A stretch of DNA of 22,933 nucleotides from a virus (taxonomy: Duplodnaviria > Heunggongvirae > Uroviricota > Caudoviricetes), in IMG/VR virus record IMGVR_UViG_2609459824_000003, positions 1-22,933 of that record. One strand, 5' to 3'. Shown here piece after piece: positions 1 through 7,986 of this stretch. The notes beneath the pieces were generated by a model. That model had not been told where the DNA came from. It was given only the letters and a program-made list of their open reading frames with translations, and made no database searches. Position numbers and translations under genes: made by a program. Each line of letters opens with the position of its first letter. Position 1 is the stretch's first letter.

Positions 1-2
1 CC

Positions 3-1172
3 CTGAAGGTGGTGGCAGCCGATCCGAATACGGTGTCCGGTATCAAGTCCGTGGGTACGCTGATTGATGAGTTGTGGCTGTTTGGCAAGCAGTGCAAGGC
101 GGAGGACATGTTACGTGAAGCCATAGGCGGCCTTGCCTCCCGCCCGGAAGGGTTTGTGGTGTATACGACCACCCAGTCGAATGAACCGCCCGCCGGGGTG
201 TTCAGACAGAAACTGCAGTACGCCCGGGATGTGCGCGACGGCAAAATTCATGATCCGCACTTTCTGCCGGTGATATTTGAACACCCTCCTGAAATGGTGG
301 AAAGCGGGGCTAACCTGCTGATGGAAAACCTCGCCATGGTCAATCCGAATCTCGGCTATTCAGTGGATGAGGCCTTTCTGTACCGGGAGTACCGTAAAGC
401 CCGGGAAGCCGGTGAAGAGACATTCCGGGGGTTTATGTCAAAACACGCCAATGTGGAAATTGGTCTTGCCCTGCGCTCTGACCGCTGGGCGGGGGCTGAT
501 TTCTGGGAAGAGCAGGGCCGTTGTATCAGCCTGGACGATATCCTGCGTCGTGCTGATGTGGTGACGGTGGGGATTGACGGCGGAGGGCTGGATGATCTGC
601 TGGGGATGTATGTGATTGGGCGTGACCGGGAGACCCGCGAATGGCTGGGCTGGGGCCATGCCTGGGCGCATGAAACCGCGGTGGTCCGACGGAAGAGCGA
701 GGCGTCCCGGTTTCAGGATCTTGTTGCCTGTGGAGATATGACCATTGTCCGGCGTGTCGGGGATGACACGGCGGAAGTGGCGGAATATGTGCGTCGCATT
801 CATGAGGCTGAGTTACTGGACCATATCGGTATTGACCCGTCAGGGGTGGGGCAGATTCTGGATTCACTGGCGGAAGCCGGGATCCCCGACGGAATTGTGG
901 TGGGGATAAGCCAGGGCTGGAAACTGGGCGGGGCCATTAAAACCACCGAGCGCAAACTGGCTGAAGGGGTGCTGGTGCATGGTGACCAGCCCCTGATGGC
1001 CTGGTGTGTCGGCAATGCCCGGGTGGAGCCTAAAGGTAACGCCATTCTTATCACCAAACAGGCCAGTGGACGGGGAAAAATTGACCCGCTGATGGCGCTG
1101 TTCAATGCGGTCTCCCTGATGTCCCTTAACCCGGAACCGAAAAAGAAAGAATATGCGGTTTTTTTCATATAA
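3..1172 (+). CDS. Phage terminase large subunit, C-terminal portion (5' end lies outside the window)
   Basis: Frame is open from the window edge to TAA at 1170-1172. Translation contains the acidic nuclease-domain signature VGIDGGGLDDLLG and the C-terminal GRGKIDPLMALFNA motif typical of terminase large subunits. It sits directly upstream of the head genes. Confidence 0.8.
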   Translation: MKVVAADPNTVSGIKSVGTLIDELWLFGKQCKAEDMLREAIGGLASRPEGFVVYTTTQSNEPPAGVFRQKLQYARDVRDGKIHDPHFLPVIFEHPPEMVESGANLLMENLAMVNPNLGYSVDEAFLYREYRKAREAGEETFRGFMSKHANVEIGLALRSDRWAGADFWEEQGRCISLDDILRRADVVTVGIDGGGLDDLLGMYVIGRDRETREWLGWGHAWAHETAVVRRKSEASRFQDLVACGDMTIVRRVGDDTAEVAEYVRRIHEAELLDHIGIDPSGVGQILDSLAEAGIPDGIVVGISQGWKLGGAIKTTERKLAEGVLVHGDQPLMAWCVGNARVEPKGNAILITKQASGRGKIDPLMALFNAVSLMSLNPEPKKKEYAVFFI

Positions 1173-1198
1173 CCCTGTTCACACTGTAACCATCACGA

Positions 1199-1219
1199 AC
1201 CGCTCCGGCGGTTTTTTTA
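1199..1219 (+). terminator. Intrinsic-terminator-like hairpin between terminase and capsid genes
   Basis: ACCGC (1199-1203), loop TCCG, GCGGT (1208-1212), followed by TTTTTTT (1213-1219). A strong RBS AGGAGG (1225-1230) and the next start codon follow immediately. Confidence 0.55.
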
Positions 1220-1235
1220 TTTTCAGGAGGCTGAT

Positions 1236-3173
1236 GTGACTCTTAAACGGGCCTGTTCCCTGCTGACGGTGAAATCCTTCAGTGAGGATGAACGGGTGAT
1301 CACCGGGATTGCGTCAACGCCTTCTCCGGATCGGGATGGTGACATCCTGGAGCCGGAGGGCGCGGAGTTTGGCAGTGCGATCCCGTTTCTCTGGCAGCAT
1401 GACCATTCCCGCCCGGTGGGGCAGTGTACGGTGCGCCGGGTCAGCGAAGGGCTGGAAATCACGGCAACACTGGTGAAGCCCGTACCGGATATGCCGTCGC
1501 AACTGGCTGCCCGGCTGGATGAGGTCTGGGCGGCCATTAAGACCGGGCTGGTCAGGGGGCTGTCCGTGGGCTTCCGTCCCCATGAATACACCTTTCTGGA
1601 CGGAGGCGGACTGCATTTTCTGCGCTGGGAACTGATGGAGGTGTCTGCCGTCACCGTGCCCGCGAATGCGGAATGCACCATCCGGACCATTAAATCTTAC
1701 GACCGCCCGTTTTCTGCCGCGTCCGGCAACCGGAAACCGGTGGTGAAAATCGCATCTTCTGCCGGCGCTGCGGCACAGTCAACAACCGTTTTTCATAAGG
1801 AAAAGACCATAATGAATATTGGCGAACAGATTAAAAGTTTTGAAAACAAGCGTGCAGCGCTGGCAGCCTCCCTTGAGGAGGTCATGACCAAAGCCGCAGA
1901 GGAAGGGCGCACGCTGGATGTGGAGGAGGAAGAGCATTACGACAACACCGCAGCGGAAATCCGTCAGGTGGATGCGCACCTGAAGCGCCTGCGTGAACTG
2001 GAAGCCGGTAAGGCCGCCACGGCGCAGCCGGTGAAACAGGCCGGTAACGGGAATGTGGCCGCGGTGGCTTCTGCGCCGGTGATCCGTGTGGAGCAGAAAC
2101 TGGATAAGGGGATTGGCTTCGCCCGCTTTGCCAAATCGCTGGCTGCGGCTAAAGGCGTCCGATCTGAAGCCCTGGAAGTGGCCCGTCGTCAGTATCCGGA
2201 TGACAGTCGTCTGCATCATGTCCTGAAATCGGCAGTGGGCGCGGGGACCACCACGGATCCGCAGTGGGCAGGCAGCCTGTCTGAATATCAGGAATACGCA
2301 CAGGACTTTATTGATTACCTGCGTCCGCAGACCATTATCGGGCGATTTGGTCAGGGCGGGATCCCTGCACTTCGTCAGGTGCCATTCAATATCCGTGTGC
2401 ACGCCCAGGTGTCCGGCGGTGCTGCCGGCTGGGTGGGTGAGGGTAAGGCAAAACCCCTGACGAAGTTTGATTTTGAATCCATCACCTTCAGTCATGCGAA
2501 GGTGTCGGCCATTGCGGTACTGACGGAAGAATTGATCCGTTTTTCCAGTCCGGCTGCTGATGCACTGGTCCGTAATGCGCTGGCGGAAGCGGTGGTGGCG
2601 CGTCTGGATACAGACTTTGTGGACCCGAAAAAAGCCGCAGTGGCAGATGTCTCCCCGGCGTCCATCACCCATGATGTGAAGGGCACGGCATCAACCGGTA
2701 ACCCGGATGCGGATGCAGAGGCTGCGTTTGGACAGTTTGTGGCAGCAAACCTGCAGCCCACCGGTGCGGTCTGGCTGATGTCCAGCACCAATGCCCTGGC
2801 ACTGTCCATGCGTAAAAATGCGCTGGGTCAGAAGGAATACCCGGACATGACCCTGCTGGGTGGCTCCTTCCAGGGGCTGCCGGTGATTGTCTCCCAGTAC
2901 GTGGGTGACCAGCTGGTGCTGGTGAATGCCCCGGATATTTATCTGGCGGATGACGGCGGCGTGGCAGTGGATATGTCCCGCGAGGCATCACTGGAAATGC
3001 AGTCTGAGCCGACCGGCGACAGTACCACGCCGTCCCCGGTGGAGCTGGTTTCCATGTTCCAGACAGGCAGCGTGGCCATCCGTGCGGAGCGCTGGATCAA
3101 CTGGCGTCGTCGCCGTACTGCGGCGGTGGCGGTGATCACCGGAGTGAACTACGGCAGTGCGTCCGGCGGCTGA
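1236..3173 (+). CDS. Fused prohead protease (HK97 gp4/S78-like) - scaffold (delta-domain-like coiled coil) - major capsid protein (HK97 fold)
   Basis: Continuous 645-codon ORF starting at GTG 1236, 5 nt after AGGAGG. The N-terminal ~165 aa carry prohead-protease motifs (GIASTPSPDRDGDIL...PFLWQHDHSRPVG...GLSVGF...EVSAVTVPAN). An in-frame ATG at 1812 preceded by AAGGAAAAG starts a coiled-coil segment (MNIGEQIKSFENKRAALAASLEEV...) followed by a capsid-like body. Confidence 0.8.
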   Translation: MTLKRACSLLTVKSFSEDERVITGIASTPSPDRDGDILEPEGAEFGSAIPFLWQHDHSRPVGQCTVRRVSEGLEITATLVKPVPDMPSQLAARLDEVWAAIKTGLVRGLSVGFRPHEYTFLDGGGLHFLRWELMEVSAVTVPANAECTIRTIKSYDRPFSAASGNRKPVVKIASSAGAAAQSTTVFHKEKTIMNIGEQIKSFENKRAALAASLEEVMTKAAEEGRTLDVEEEEHYDNTAAEIRQVDAHLKRLRELEAGKAATAQPVKQAGNGNVAAVASAPVIRVEQKLDKGIGFARFAKSLAAAKGVRSEALEVARRQYPDDSRLHHVLKSAVGAGTTTDPQWAGSLSEYQEYAQDFIDYLRPQTIIGRFGQGGIPALRQVPFNIRVHAQVSGGAAGWVGEGKAKPLTKFDFESITFSHAKVSAIAVLTEELIRFSSPAADALVRNALAEAVVARLDTDFVDPKKAAVADVSPASITHDVKGTASTGNPDADAEAAFGQFVAANLQPTGAVWLMSSTNALALSMRKNALGQKEYPDMTLLGGSFQGLPVIVSQYVGDQLVLVNAPDIYLADDGGVAVDMSREASLEMQSEPTGDSTTPSPVELVSMFQTGSVAIRAERWINWRRRRTAAVAVITGVNYGSASGG

Positions 3174-3188
3174 GTCTGATAAGGAGGA

Positions 3189-3208
3189 CGGGAGGCGTGC
3201 GCCTCCCG
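3189..3208 (+). promoter_or_regulatory. GC-rich stem-loop downstream of the capsid gene (no U-tract)
   Basis: CGGGAGGC (3189-3196), loop GTGC, GCCTCCCG (3201-3208): perfect 8-bp stem 16 nt after the capsid stop codon. It is not followed by a T-run, so it is more likely an mRNA-stabilising or processing structure than an intrinsic terminator. Confidence 0.35.
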
Positions 3209-3217
3209 TAACAGGTT

Positions 3218-3439
3218 ATGGCAAAGATCCGATATCTGCAGGGCACGCATGATGCCCGGGCCGGGGATATCCGTGATGTGGCACAGCCGTGTGCGGAGGT
3301 GCTGGTTCGCCTGGGAAAGGCGGAGTACATCACGGTGCGACGTCCGGCAGGTCAGAAAAAGAAACGTGATGCGGAGCATGGCGAATGTGGAACCTTTTAC
3401 GGCGAACCCGAAAAAACCAGAAATCAGGACGTGACGTAA
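3218..3439 (+). CDS. Hypothetical small basic protein (73 aa) between capsid and portal genes
   Basis: ATG-initiated ORF filling the capsid-portal gap. It has no convincing Shine-Dalgarno and I recognise no family. Its TAA stop (3437-3439) overlaps a candidate GTG start (3436) in the portal frame. Confidence 0.25.
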   Translation: MAKIRYLQGTHDARAGDIRDVAQPCAEVLVRLGKAEYITVRRPAGQKKKRDAEHGECGTFYGEPEKTRNQDVT

Positions 3440-4749
3440 GAGAGGCGGGCTGGACCAGCCTGTTTCAGGCGGTGGCTGAGCCCTTTTCCGGCGCCTGGCA
3501 GCAGGGCGTGAAAGCCGATCCTGAAGCCGTCCTCTCCTTTCATGCGGTGTTTGCATGTATTTCGCTGATATCCCAGGATATCGCCAAAATGCGGCTGCGT
3601 CTTATGCAGACGGATGCGCATGGGATACGCAGGGAAACGCGCCGGGGGGATATTGCCCGCCTCTGTCGTCGTCCCAACGCCCAGCAGAACCGCATCCAGT
3701 TTTTTGAACTGTGGCTGAACGCCAAACTGCGTCATGGCAATACGGTGGTGCTGAAAATCCGTAATGCCCGGGGGCAGATCAAAGAACTGCGTATTCTGGA
3801 CTGGAGCCGGGTTGAACCTCTGGTGGCGGATGACGGCGAGGTGTTCTACCGCATCACGCCGGACCGGAACTGCGGGATCACGGAGGCGGTGACGGTGCCT
3901 GCCCGGGAAGTGATCCACGACCGGTTTAACTGTTTTTTTCATCCGCTTATAGGATTGCCGCCGGTGTATGCCGCCGGGCTGGCGGCCACGCAGGGGCATC
4001 ATATTCAGGAAAATTCGACGTCTTTTTTCAGAAATGGCGGCAGGCCGTCCGGGGTGATTGAGATCCCCGGCAGTATTACGGAAGAAAATGCGAAAAAACT
4101 GAAGAGCAACTGGGACAGCGGGTATACAGGCGAAAATGCGGGGAAAACGGCCATTCTGAGCAACGGGGCAAAATACAACCCCACGACGTTTTCACCTGTG
4201 GATGCGCAGACGGTGGAACAACTGAAGATGACCGCTGAAATTGTCTGTTCGGTGTTCCGTGTCCCGGCCTACAAGATTGGCGTGGGACAACCGCCTTCCA
4301 GTGACAACGTGGAGGCGCTGGAGCAGCAGTATTATTCCCAGTGCCTGCAGACGCTGATTGAGTCCATTGAACTGTTACTGGATGAGGCGCTGGAAACGGG
4401 GGAAAACGAGAGTACAGAATTTGATGTCACCACGCTGCTGAGAATGGACAGTGAGCGGCGCATGAAAACGCTGGGGGATGCGGTGAAAAATACGCTTCTC
4501 ACGCCCAATGAGGCCCGTAAACGGGAGAACCTGCCGCCCCTGGCCGGCGGTGATGCACTGTATCTTCAGCAGCAGAACTACAGTCTGGAGGCGCTGTCCC
4601 GTCGTGATGCCCGTGAGGATCCGTTCGCGTCTGCCGGGAAAACAGTTTCATCACAGCTGCCTGACGGCGCATCTGACGGTAATAAGGCAATCAGTGAAAC
4701 AGAGCATGATGCGGTGAAAGCGATGTTCAGGGGGATACTGAGAAAATGA
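3385..4749 (+). CDS. Phage portal protein (HK97-family)
   Basis: Translation has portal signatures: SFFRNGGRPSGVIEIPG, YTGENAGKTAILSNGAKY, TAEIVCSVFRVPAYKIGVG. The start is uncertain: first ATG at 3385, alternative GTG at 3436. The stop overlaps the next gene's start (ATGA at 4746-4749). Confidence 0.8.
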   Translation: MWNLLRRTRKNQKSGRDVREAGWTSLFQAVAEPFSGAWQQGVKADPEAVLSFHAVFACISLISQDIAKMRLRLMQTDAHGIRRETRRGDIARLCRRPNAQQNRIQFFELWLNAKLRHGNTVVLKIRNARGQIKELRILDWSRVEPLVADDGEVFYRITPDRNCGITEAVTVPAREVIHDRFNCFFHPLIGLPPVYAAGLAATQGHHIQENSTSFFRNGGRPSGVIEIPGSITEENAKKLKSNWDSGYTGENAGKTAILSNGAKYNPTTFSPVDAQTVEQLKMTAEIVCSVFRVPAYKIGVGQPPSSDNVEALEQQYYSQCLQTLIESIELLLDEALETGENESTEFDVTTLLRMDSERRMKTLGDAVKNTLLTPNEARKRENLPPLAGGDALYLQQQNYSLEALSRRDAREDPFASAGKTVSSQLPDGASDGNKAISETEHDAVKAMFRGILRK

Positions 4750-6455
4750 CGGAACGGGAACTGTCCATTATTCGTGCACTGGGAGAAGAATTCTCCACAG
4801 TGCTGGCGGATTTACAGCGCACATTTGAGGGGAAGATGGCCTCGCAGGCACAAGCGTTTGAAGAGAAACTGACTTCCCTGTCGGCGGTATTACAGAAGCA
4901 TGTGACGGTGGATGAGGTGCGTCCGGTTCTGCAGGCGATGGTGGATGACGCTGTGGGGGCCATTCCGGTACCGCGTGATGGTCGTGATTATGATCCGGAT
5001 GTACTGCAGCAGGCGGTGAATGATGCGGTCGCAAATATTCCGCAGCCGGCGGACGGTAAAAGTCTCACCCCGGATGATGTGCGTCCGATGCTTGAACAGA
5101 TGGTGAAGGAGGCTGTAAGCCATATCCCTGTTCCGCGCGACGGTCGTGACTATGATCCCGATGTTCTGCAGAAGGCGGTGAATGATGCGGTCGCAAATAT
5201 TCCGCAGCCGGGGGACGGTAAAAGTCTCACCCCGGATGATGTGCGTCCGATGCTTGAACAGATGGTGAAGGAGGCTGTAAGCCATATCCCTGTTCCGCGT
5301 GATGGTCGTGACTACGATCCGGAAGTACTGCAGAAGGCGGTGAATGATGCGGTCGCAAATATTCCGCAGCCGGGGGACGGTAAAAGTCTCACCCCGGATG
5401 ATGTGCGTCCGATGCTTGAACAGATGGTGAAGGAGGCTGTAAGCCATATCCCTGTTCCGCGCGACGGTCGTGACTATGATCCCGATGTTCTGCAGAAGGC
5501 GGTGAATGATGCGGTCGCAAATATTCCGCAGCCGGCGGACGGTAAAAGTCTCACCCCGGATGATGTGCGTCCGATGCTTGAACAGATGGTGAAGGAGGCT
5601 GTAAGCCATATCCCTGTTCCGCGCGACGGTCGTGACTATGATCCCGATGTTCTGCAGAAGGCGGTGAATGATGCGGTCGCAAATATTCCGCAGCCGGCGG
5701 ACGGTAAAAGTCTCACCCCGGATGATGTGCGTCCGATGCTTGAACAGATGGTGAAGGAGGCTGTAAGCCATATCCCTGTTCCGCGCGACGGTCGTGACTA
5801 TGATCCCGATGTTCTGCAGAAGGCGGTGAATGATGCGGTCGCAAATATTCCGCAGCCGGCAGACGGTAAAAGTCTCACCCCGGATGATGTGCGTCCGATG
5901 CTTGAACAGATGGTGAAGGAGGCGGTAAGCCATATTCATGTTCCGCGTGATGGTCGTGACTACGATCCGGATGTTCTGCAGAAGGCGGTTCTGGATGCGG
6001 TGAGTGCCCTGCCGGCTCCGCAGGACGGGCGTGATGCCACGGCTCTGGAAATACTCCCCGCCATTGACGATCAAAAATCCTTTCCCCGGGGCACGTATGC
6101 CACACACCAGGGCGGACTCTGGCGGGCGTATGAAAAAACGCACGGGATGCGGGGATGGGAATGCCTGGTTGACGGGGTGGCGGATATTGACGTCAGCATG
6201 ACGGGTGAGCGGTTGTTCTCTGTGGTGGTCCGGCAGAGCAGTGGCCAGCGTACGGAAAAAACATTTTCCCTGCCGGTGATGCTCTACCGCGGTGTGTTCA
6301 GAGCCGGTGAAACCTACCACCCCGGCGATACGGTGACGTGGGGGGGCTCGCTGTGGCACTGCAACAGTATGACCGAAGATAAACCCGGAGAAGCTCATTC
6401 ATCAGCCTGGACCCTGGCGGCAAAACGTGGGCGGGATGCAGGAGGCGGAAAATGA
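4746..6455 (+). CDS. Structural-module protein of unknown function with seven tandem 54-aa repeats
   Basis: 569-aa ORF translationally coupled to portal (ATGA overlap). It has a coiled-coil-like N-terminus, seven copies of a 54-aa unit (VRPMLEQMVKEAVSHIPVPRDGRDYDPDVLQKAVNDAVANIPQPADGKSLTPDD) and a ~140-aa Trp/Gly-rich C-terminal domain. Confidence 0.8.
   Translation: MTERELSIIRALGEEFSTVLADLQRTFEGKMASQAQAFEEKLTSLSAVLQKHVTVDEVRPVLQAMVDDAVGAIPVPRDGRDYDPDVLQQAVNDAVANIPQPADGKSLTPDDVRPMLEQMVKEAVSHIPVPRDGRDYDPDVLQKAVNDAVANIPQPGDGKSLTPDDVRPMLEQMVKEAVSHIPVPRDGRDYDPEVLQKAVNDAVANIPQPGDGKSLTPDDVRPMLEQMVKEAVSHIPVPRDGRDYDPDVLQKAVNDAVANIPQPADGKSLTPDDVRPMLEQMVKEAVSHIPVPRDGRDYDPDVLQKAVNDAVANIPQPADGKSLTPDDVRPMLEQMVKEAVSHIPVPRDGRDYDPDVLQKAVNDAVANIPQPADGKSLTPDDVRPMLEQMVKEAVSHIHVPRDGRDYDPDVLQKAVLDAVSALPAPQDGRDATALEILPAIDDQKSFPRGTYATHQGGLWRAYEKTHGMRGWECLVDGVADIDVSMTGERLFSVVVRQSSGQRTEKTFSLPVMLYRGVFRAGETYHPGDTVTWGGSLWHCNSMTEDKPGEAHSSAWTLAAKRGRDAGGGK
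4917..6050 (+). repeat. Tandem array of 7 x 162-bp direct repeats, in frame within the CDS
   Basis: The motif GTGCGTCC recurs at 4917, 5079, 5241, 5403, 5565, 5727 and 5889, exactly 162 bp apart. The six central copies are nearly identical at the nucleotide level; the first and last are diverged. Each unit is an internal duplication of a ~27-aa sub-repeat (IP-x-P-x-DG...PD-x-V...AV). Confidence 0.9.
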
Positions 6456-6778
6456 CGGCATTACTGACACTGGAAGAGATCAAGGCACATCTGCGTGTCG
6501 ACCATGACGCGGATGATGACATGCTGATGGACAAGGTTCGTCAGGCTACCGCCGTGCTGCTGGCCTACATTCAGGGCAGCCGGGATAAAGTGATCCGTGA
6601 GGACGGTGAACTGATCCCGGGCGAGGCATTAACCCGGATGAAGGGGGCTGCCATGCGACTGACCGGGATGCTGTACCGGAATCCGGATCTTGCGGAGCGG
6701 GAAGAACTGCTTCAGGGGGAGCTGCCGTTTTCTGTTTCCGTGCTGATTTACGATTTGCGTTGTCCGACGGTGTTATGA
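6452..6778 (+). CDS. Head-tail connector protein (gp6-like)
   Basis: ATGA overlap with the upstream gene. N-terminus LTLEEIKAHLRVDHDADDDMLMDKV is the characteristic start of gp6-like connector proteins. Size 108 aa. Confidence 0.7.
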   Translation: MTALLTLEEIKAHLRVDHDADDDMLMDKVRQATAVLLAYIQGSRDKVIREDGELIPGEALTRMKGAAMRLTGMLYRNPDLAEREELLQGELPFSVSVLIYDLRCPTVL

Positions 6779-6787
6779 GGAGGGGGA

Positions 6788-7138
6788 ATGGCAATATCTG
6801 CAGGTCGTCTGACACAGATGATAAGTGTTCTGAATCCGGTGTTAACCCGTAACGCTGCCGGAGAAATGACGGAAGAATGGGTGTCATGCGGGAAAATTCA
6901 TGCGGATATCCGTGGCAGGAGCAGCCGGGAGCGGATGCAGTCCGGTGCGGAAATGGCGCAGGCGGAAATCCGCATCTGGGTGCGCGGTCAGTCCGGTCGG
7001 GAAATCACGGCAGCGTCACGACTTCATGTGCTGAGTGGTCCATGGCGTGACCGGATCCTGAACGTTGTCGGGCTGCCCGTGCCGGATGCGACCGGCGGGC
7101 GTCTGGAAATTCTCTGTCGGCTGGGAGGGGAAAAATGA
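6788..7138 (+). CDS. Head closure / head-tail adaptor protein
   Basis: RBS GAGGAGGGGG directly upstream of ATG. 116 aa, with size and position matching head-closure proteins and an IRIWVRGQSGREITAASRL segment. The call is mainly positional. Confidence 0.6.
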   Translation: MAISAGRLTQMISVLNPVLTRNAAGEMTEEWVSCGKIHADIRGRSSRERMQSGAEMAQAEIRIWVRGQSGREITAASRLHVLSGPWRDRILNVVGLPVPDATGGRLEILCRLGGEK

Positions 7139-7581
7139 TCGAAACCCTGCTGGATTTTTCGGGGCTGGAGGACATCAGCCGCGATTTGCAGCTTCTGAGT
7201 GGTGCGGAAAATAACCGGGTGCTGCGTGAGGCAACCCGTGCGGGTGCGAATGTGCTGAAAGAAGAAGTGGTGTCACGGGCACCGGTACGCAGGGGAAAAC
7301 TGCGCCGCAATGTGGTGATCCTTTCCCGGCGCTCCCGCGATGGCGGGATGGAATCCGGTGTCCATATCCGTGGTGTTAATCCGGACACCGGTAACAGCGA
7401 TAACACCATGAAGGCGGATAACCCGCGCAATGCTTTCTACTGGCGGTTTGTGGAAATGGGGACTGTGAATATGCCACCGCACCCGTTTGTGCGCCCGGCG
7501 TTTGATGTGCGCAGTGAACAGGCAGCTCAGGTGGCGATTGCGCGGATGAACCGGGCCATTGATGAGGTACTGAGACGATGA
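7135..7581 (+). CDS. HK97 gp10-family tail/neck component protein
   Basis: ATGA overlap with the upstream gene. Contains the family-typical C-terminal motif FYWRFVEMGT....PHPFVRPAF. Confidence 0.7.
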   Translation: MIETLLDFSGLEDISRDLQLLSGAENNRVLREATRAGANVLKEEVVSRAPVRRGKLRRNVVILSRRSRDGGMESGVHIRGVNPDTGNSDNTMKADNPRNAFYWRFVEMGTVNMPPHPFVRPAFDVRSEQAAQVAIARMNRAIDEVLRR

Positions 7582-7922
7582 CGGAGGCGGATTTGTATCC
7601 TCATCTGGCGCATCTTGCCGGCGGGCAGGGGTACCCGTATGTGGTCCCCCTGCTGGATGGCAGGCCGTCGGTGGCGCTTCCGTGGGTGGTTTTCAGCCTG
7701 ATTTCATCGGTGTCAGCGGACGTGATGGGCGGGCAGGCGGAGTCCTCAGTGTCGGTGCAGATAGACGTTTATGCCGGGACTGTGACGCAGGCGCGTCAGA
7801 TACGTCAGGACGCCCGTGAAGCCATAATGCTGCTGGCCCCGGGATCCGTCAGTGAAATGCAGGACTATATTCCGGAAAACCGCTGTTACCGTGCAACCCT
7901 GGAGTTTCAGGTCACGGTGTGA
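7578..7922 (+). CDS. Putative tail completion / terminator protein
   Basis: ATGA-coupled 114-aa ORF between the gp10-like gene and the major tail protein gene. Assignment is by position and size only. Confidence 0.5.
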   Translation: MTEADLYPHLAHLAGGQGYPYVVPLLDGRPSVALPWVVFSLISSVSADVMGGQAESSVSVQIDVYAGTVTQARQIRQDAREAIMLLAPGSVSEMQDYIPENRCYRATLEFQVTV

Positions 7923-7949
7923 CTTTTTCTTTTTTCTACAAAACCATAC

Positions 7950-7970
7950 CCCGCCGCGTGCGGGTTTTTT
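7950..7970 (+). terminator. Intrinsic-terminator-like hairpin upstream of the major tail protein gene
   Basis: CCCGC (7950-7954), loop CGCGT, GCGGG (7960-7964), then TTTTTT (7965-7970). Followed by RBS CAGGAGG and ATG at 7987. Confidence 0.5.
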
Positions 7971-7986
7971 ATTATCAGGAGGCAGA

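Noticed and set aside
1779-2672. Long minus-strand ORFs inside the capsid, portal, tape measure, L, K and J genes (for example 1779-2672, 3424-4002, 9876-10583, 13072-13809, 16848-17453, 17218-17865)
   Set aside because: All lie antisense within + strand genes with strong homology support. They have no RBS or operon logic and are shadow ORFs.
4917-6050. Regularly spaced direct repeats that could be mistaken for a CRISPR array
   Set aside because: The period is 162 bp with no unique spacers between copies, the whole unit repeats rather than alternating repeat and spacer, and the array is an in-frame coding repeat.
4890-6398. 502-aa ORF on the minus strand
   Set aside because: It is the antisense shadow of the 162-bp tandem repeats: the same periodicity appears in its translation, and it lies entirely inside the better-supported + strand repeat-protein gene, which has translational coupling and correct operon orientation.
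7852-7986. Upstream extension of the major tail protein ORF (ORF-track start at 7852)
   Set aside because: The extension reads through the intrinsic-terminator hairpin and T-tract and has no RBS. ATG 7987 sits 7 nt after CAGGAGG.
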